From positions 31,763-95,762 of the forward strand of contig DATAUC010000062.1 of assembly GCA_036268485.1 (NCBI GenBank): a stretch of DNA of 64,000 bases, given 5' to 3'. This DNA is from Acidimicrobiales bacterium (GTDB lineage: Bacteria > Actinomycetota > Acidimicrobiia > Acidimicrobiales > RAAP-2). Shown piece by piece: positions 61,849 to 64,000 of this stretch; the stretch's first letter is position 1; each line of letters starts with the position of its first letter. The notes beneath the pieces are model-generated. The model worked only from the letters and a program-made list of their open reading frames with translations, searched no databases and had not been told where the DNA came from. Made by a program: the position numbers and the translations under genes.

Positions 61849-64000
61849 GTGCCTCGTCTCACCCAGCGCATCCGTCGATCGCTCTCGCCCCTGGCCGCAT
61901 CGATCTTGGGAGTGAGCGCCGTAGCCGTGGCCCTGGTCGCCACCTCCGTCCCGGCCGCGGCCATCCTTTTCACCCCCTGTGGCGTCCCTACCGGGACCAA
62001 TCCCTACACGGTGACCTGTCCGGTGGGGACCGCCGACAGCTGGGTGGTCCCGTCCGGGGTCTCCTCGGCCACCTTCACTGTTTTCGGCGCCGAGGGCGGC
62101 CTGGGGGGCACCCTGCCTCCGGGGGTCGCCGCCGGAAATGGTGGGGAGTTGAACGCCACTCTTTCGGTCGCCACCGGTCAGACCTACGCCATCGCGGTGG
62201 GTGCGTCCGGGGGAAACGGGGTCTTTCACCTTCCCTTTGGCGATGGCGGGGCAGGCGGGGCTCCCGGTGGCGCGCCTGGTTCCGGTGGCGGTTTCTCGGG
62301 TGGTGGGGGCGGCGGAGCATCGACGGTGGCGCTTTCGACGGCTGCCGCCGACAGCTGGCTGTTGGTGGCCGGCGGGGGCGGGGGGGCCGGATCCGACATT
62401 GCTCCAAGTGGCACCGGCGGATCCGGCGGGGGAACGAACGGGGGCAACGGCGGGGCGGGCGCGGCGGGTGGTACCCAAAACTCGGGTTCGGGTAGCGGCT
62501 CGCAGCTCGACGGAAATTCTGGTAGCGGGAACGGATCCGCCGGCGGGGGCGGCGGCTACTGGGGCGGAGCCGGGGACCCCACCCCGCCCCACGGATCCGC
62601 TGGCGCCGGCGGGGGATCGGGCTTCATCGACCCCAGCGCCCTGTCCGGCGGTTTCTTGAAGCCCACCAATGCCGGAGCCGGCTCGGTCACCATCACCTAC
62701 ACGGTCGTCTCGACCCCCTGTAGCGCCCCGACCGGCACCAACCCCTTTACCGTCACCTGTCCGGTGGGGACACTGGATACCTGGGTGGTGCCGGCCGATG
62801 TCGCCTCGGCCACCTTCACGGTCTTCGGTGCCGCCGGGGGCGCCGGATTTCCAACGGGAGGCATCGCCGGAAACGGTGGGGAGCTGAGCGCCGGTCTCCG
62901 AGTGAGCCCGGGGGACACCTATGACATCGCCGTCGGTGCAACCGGAGGAAACGGGATCTTCGGTGCCGGCGGCGGGGGTGGGCTTCCCGGCGGTGCTCCG
63001 GGTACCGGCCCCCTTTTGATCGGCGGTGGGGGCGGTGGGGGCGGCGGGGTATCGACGGTGGCGCTTTCGACGGCTCCCGCCGACAGCTGGCTGCTGGTGG
63101 CCGGCGGCGGTGGCGGGGCCGGAGCTTCGTCGCCAAACGCCAACGGCGGAAATGGAGGCGGGACCAGCGGAGCGAACGGCGGCGCCGGGGCGCCCGGCGG
63201 CACGCAAACGGCAGGATCGGGCAGCGGGACCCAACTCCTTGGAGGTTCGGGATCTCCTATTGGCGTTGACGGGGGCGGGGGCGGGGGCTACTGGGGCGGG
63301 GCCGGGGACACGGCTAACAACGCCGCCGGCGCCGGCGGGGGCTCGGGCTTCGTCACCCCCAGCGCCCTGTCCGGCGAATTCCTGGTCCCGACCAACCCCG
63401 GAGTTGGGGCGGTCACCATTACCTACTCGCCTGTCCCCACCGTCACCAGCATCAGCCCGACCGCCGGGCCGCTCGGAGGTGGGAACACCGTGACCATCAG
63501 CGGCACCAACCTCGGACCCGCCACCTCGGTCCTGTTCGGGGCTACCCCCGCCACCGGGGTGACCTGTAGCGCCACCAGCTGCACCGTCACTGCCCCGGCC
63601 GGGGCGGCCGGCACCGTGGACGTCACCGTCACCACCCCGGGCGGCACCTCGGCCACCAGCCCCACCGACCAGTACACCTACACCCCGGCACCGACGGTGA
63701 CCGGGGTCAGCCCGGTCGGGGACGTCTCGACCGGGGGCGCGGCGGTGACCATCACCGGCACCAACCTCGGACCCACCACATCGGTCCAGTTCGGGACCAC
63801 GGTGGTGACCGGTCCCATGTGTAACGCCACCCAGTGCGAGGTGATCGACCCGGCCGGGGTCCCCGGCACGGTGGTGGACATCACTGTCACCACCCCGGGC
63901 GGGACGTCGGCGACCAACCCGGCCGACCAGTTCACCTACACCGGCGGGGCCGCGGCACCGTCGGTGGGCGGGATCCGCCCCAACTCGGGACCGACCACCG
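61849..64000 (+). CDS. secreted protein with two tandem glycine-rich modules followed by IPT/TIG repeats (3' end beyond the window)
   Basis: My translation starts at GTG 61849, with GGGGAAGGGGGA upstream. The frame is open to the window end, so it is absent from the ORF track. The signal peptide is VPRLTQRIRRSLSPLAASILGVSAVAVALVATSVPAAA. Module 1 (about 61969-62708) and module 2 (about 62709-63430) both read CPVGT..WVVP..V.SATFTVFGA.GG...GNGGEL......G.TY.I.VGA.GGNG...GGGGGG.STVALST...DSWLLVAGGGGGAG...GGGGGYWGGAGD...GAGGGSGF. At least two IPT/TIG units follow (SISPTAGPLGGGNTVTISGTNLG...). Confidence 0.75.
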   Translation, partial: MPRLTQRIRRSLSPLAASILGVSAVAVALVATSVPAAAILFTPCGVPTGTNPYTVTCPVGTADSWVVPSGVSSATFTVFGAEGGLGGTLPPGVAAGNGGELNATLSVATGQTYAIAVGASGGNGVFHLPFGDGGAGGAPGGAPGSGGGFSGGGGGGASTVALSTAAADSWLLVAGGGGGAGSDIAPSGTGGSGGGTNGGNGGAGAAGGTQNSGSGSGSQLDGNSGSGNGSAGGGGGYWGGAGDPTPPHGSAGAGGGSGFIDPSALSGGFLKPTNAGAGSVTITYTVVSTPCSAPTGTNPFTVTCPVGTLDTWVVPADVASATFTVFGAAGGAGFPTGGIAGNGGELSAGLRVSPGDTYDIAVGATGGNGIFGAGGGGGLPGGAPGTGPLLIGGGGGGGGGVSTVALSTAPADSWLLVAGGGGGAGASSPNANGGNGGGTSGANGGAGAPGGTQTAGSGSGTQLLGGSGSPIGVDGGGGGGYWGGAGDTANNAAGAGGGSGFVTPSALSGEFLVPTNPGVGAVTITYSPVPTVTSISPTAGPLGGGNTVTISGTNLGPATSVLFGATPATGVTCSATSCTVTAPAGAAGTVDVTVTTPGGTSATSPTDQYTYTPAPTVTGVSPVGDVSTGGAAVTITGTNLGPTTSVQFGTTVVTGPMCNATQCEVIDPAGVPGTVVDITVTTPGGTSATNPADQFTYTGGAAAPSVGGIRPNSGPTT

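Noticed and set aside
61630-63234. A 534-aa minus-strand ORF, with P-rich ORFs at 62075-63203.
   Set aside because: It is antisense to the glycine-rich gene, because GGN codons read as NCC (Pro/Ala/Ser) on the other strand. There are no motifs, and the plus frame is continuous with the signal peptide and IPT domains.

Overview
This is a high-GC (about 68-70%) Actinomycetota-type chromosomal segment, possibly from the Acidimicrobiia, though that lineage guess is weak. It has three parts.

(1) Positions 1 to about 18,090 are a lower-GC accessory or defence island (about 53-62%) that ends at the 3' end of the tmRNA gene ssrA. It contains:
- a string of degenerate tyrosine-recombinase-like genes;
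- a coiled-coil protein;
- AlkB;
- a tightly coupled three-gene operon of a SLATT-like 2TM protein, an SMODS/CD-NTase-like nucleotidyltransferase and a DUF429 protein (CBASS-like);
- a seven-gene operon in which all six gene junctions are 4-nt overlaps: NYN RNase-like, HTH-fused N6-adenine methyltransferase, half-size HsdS, HsdM, HsdS, HsdR, and an unknown 520-aa all-alpha HEAT-like protein.

(2) Positions 18,090 to about 43,100 are core genes:
- ssrA and smpB;
- mec-cysO-cysM;
- an inserted string of a Doc toxin, a short unlisted antitoxin, a second DUF429 and a DUF1697 protein;
- an MBL hydrolase, rph and rdgB;
- many redox and lipid enzymes (P450, SDRs, MaoC dehydratases, F420-type enzymes) and glycerate kinase.

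(3) Positions 43,100 to 64,000 contain:
- tRNA-Leu(TAG) and a solitary clpP;
- an ABC-transporter-dependent glycan cluster (Wzm, Wzt with a C-terminal domain, two coiled-coil methyltransferase-like paralogues, five GT4 glycosyltransferases);
- an FKBP lipoprotein;
- a secreted protein combining a SpoIID domain, eight 42-aa repeats and an Ig-like domain;
- pirin, and a divergent MFS / WYL-regulator pair separated by a perfect palindrome;
- an open-ended gene, absent from the ORF track, encoding a secreted protein with two tandem glycine-rich modules followed by IPT/TIG repeats.

No rRNA, CRISPR array or recognisable IS element was seen. All functional calls rest on motif and architecture recognition by eye. 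No database search was run.
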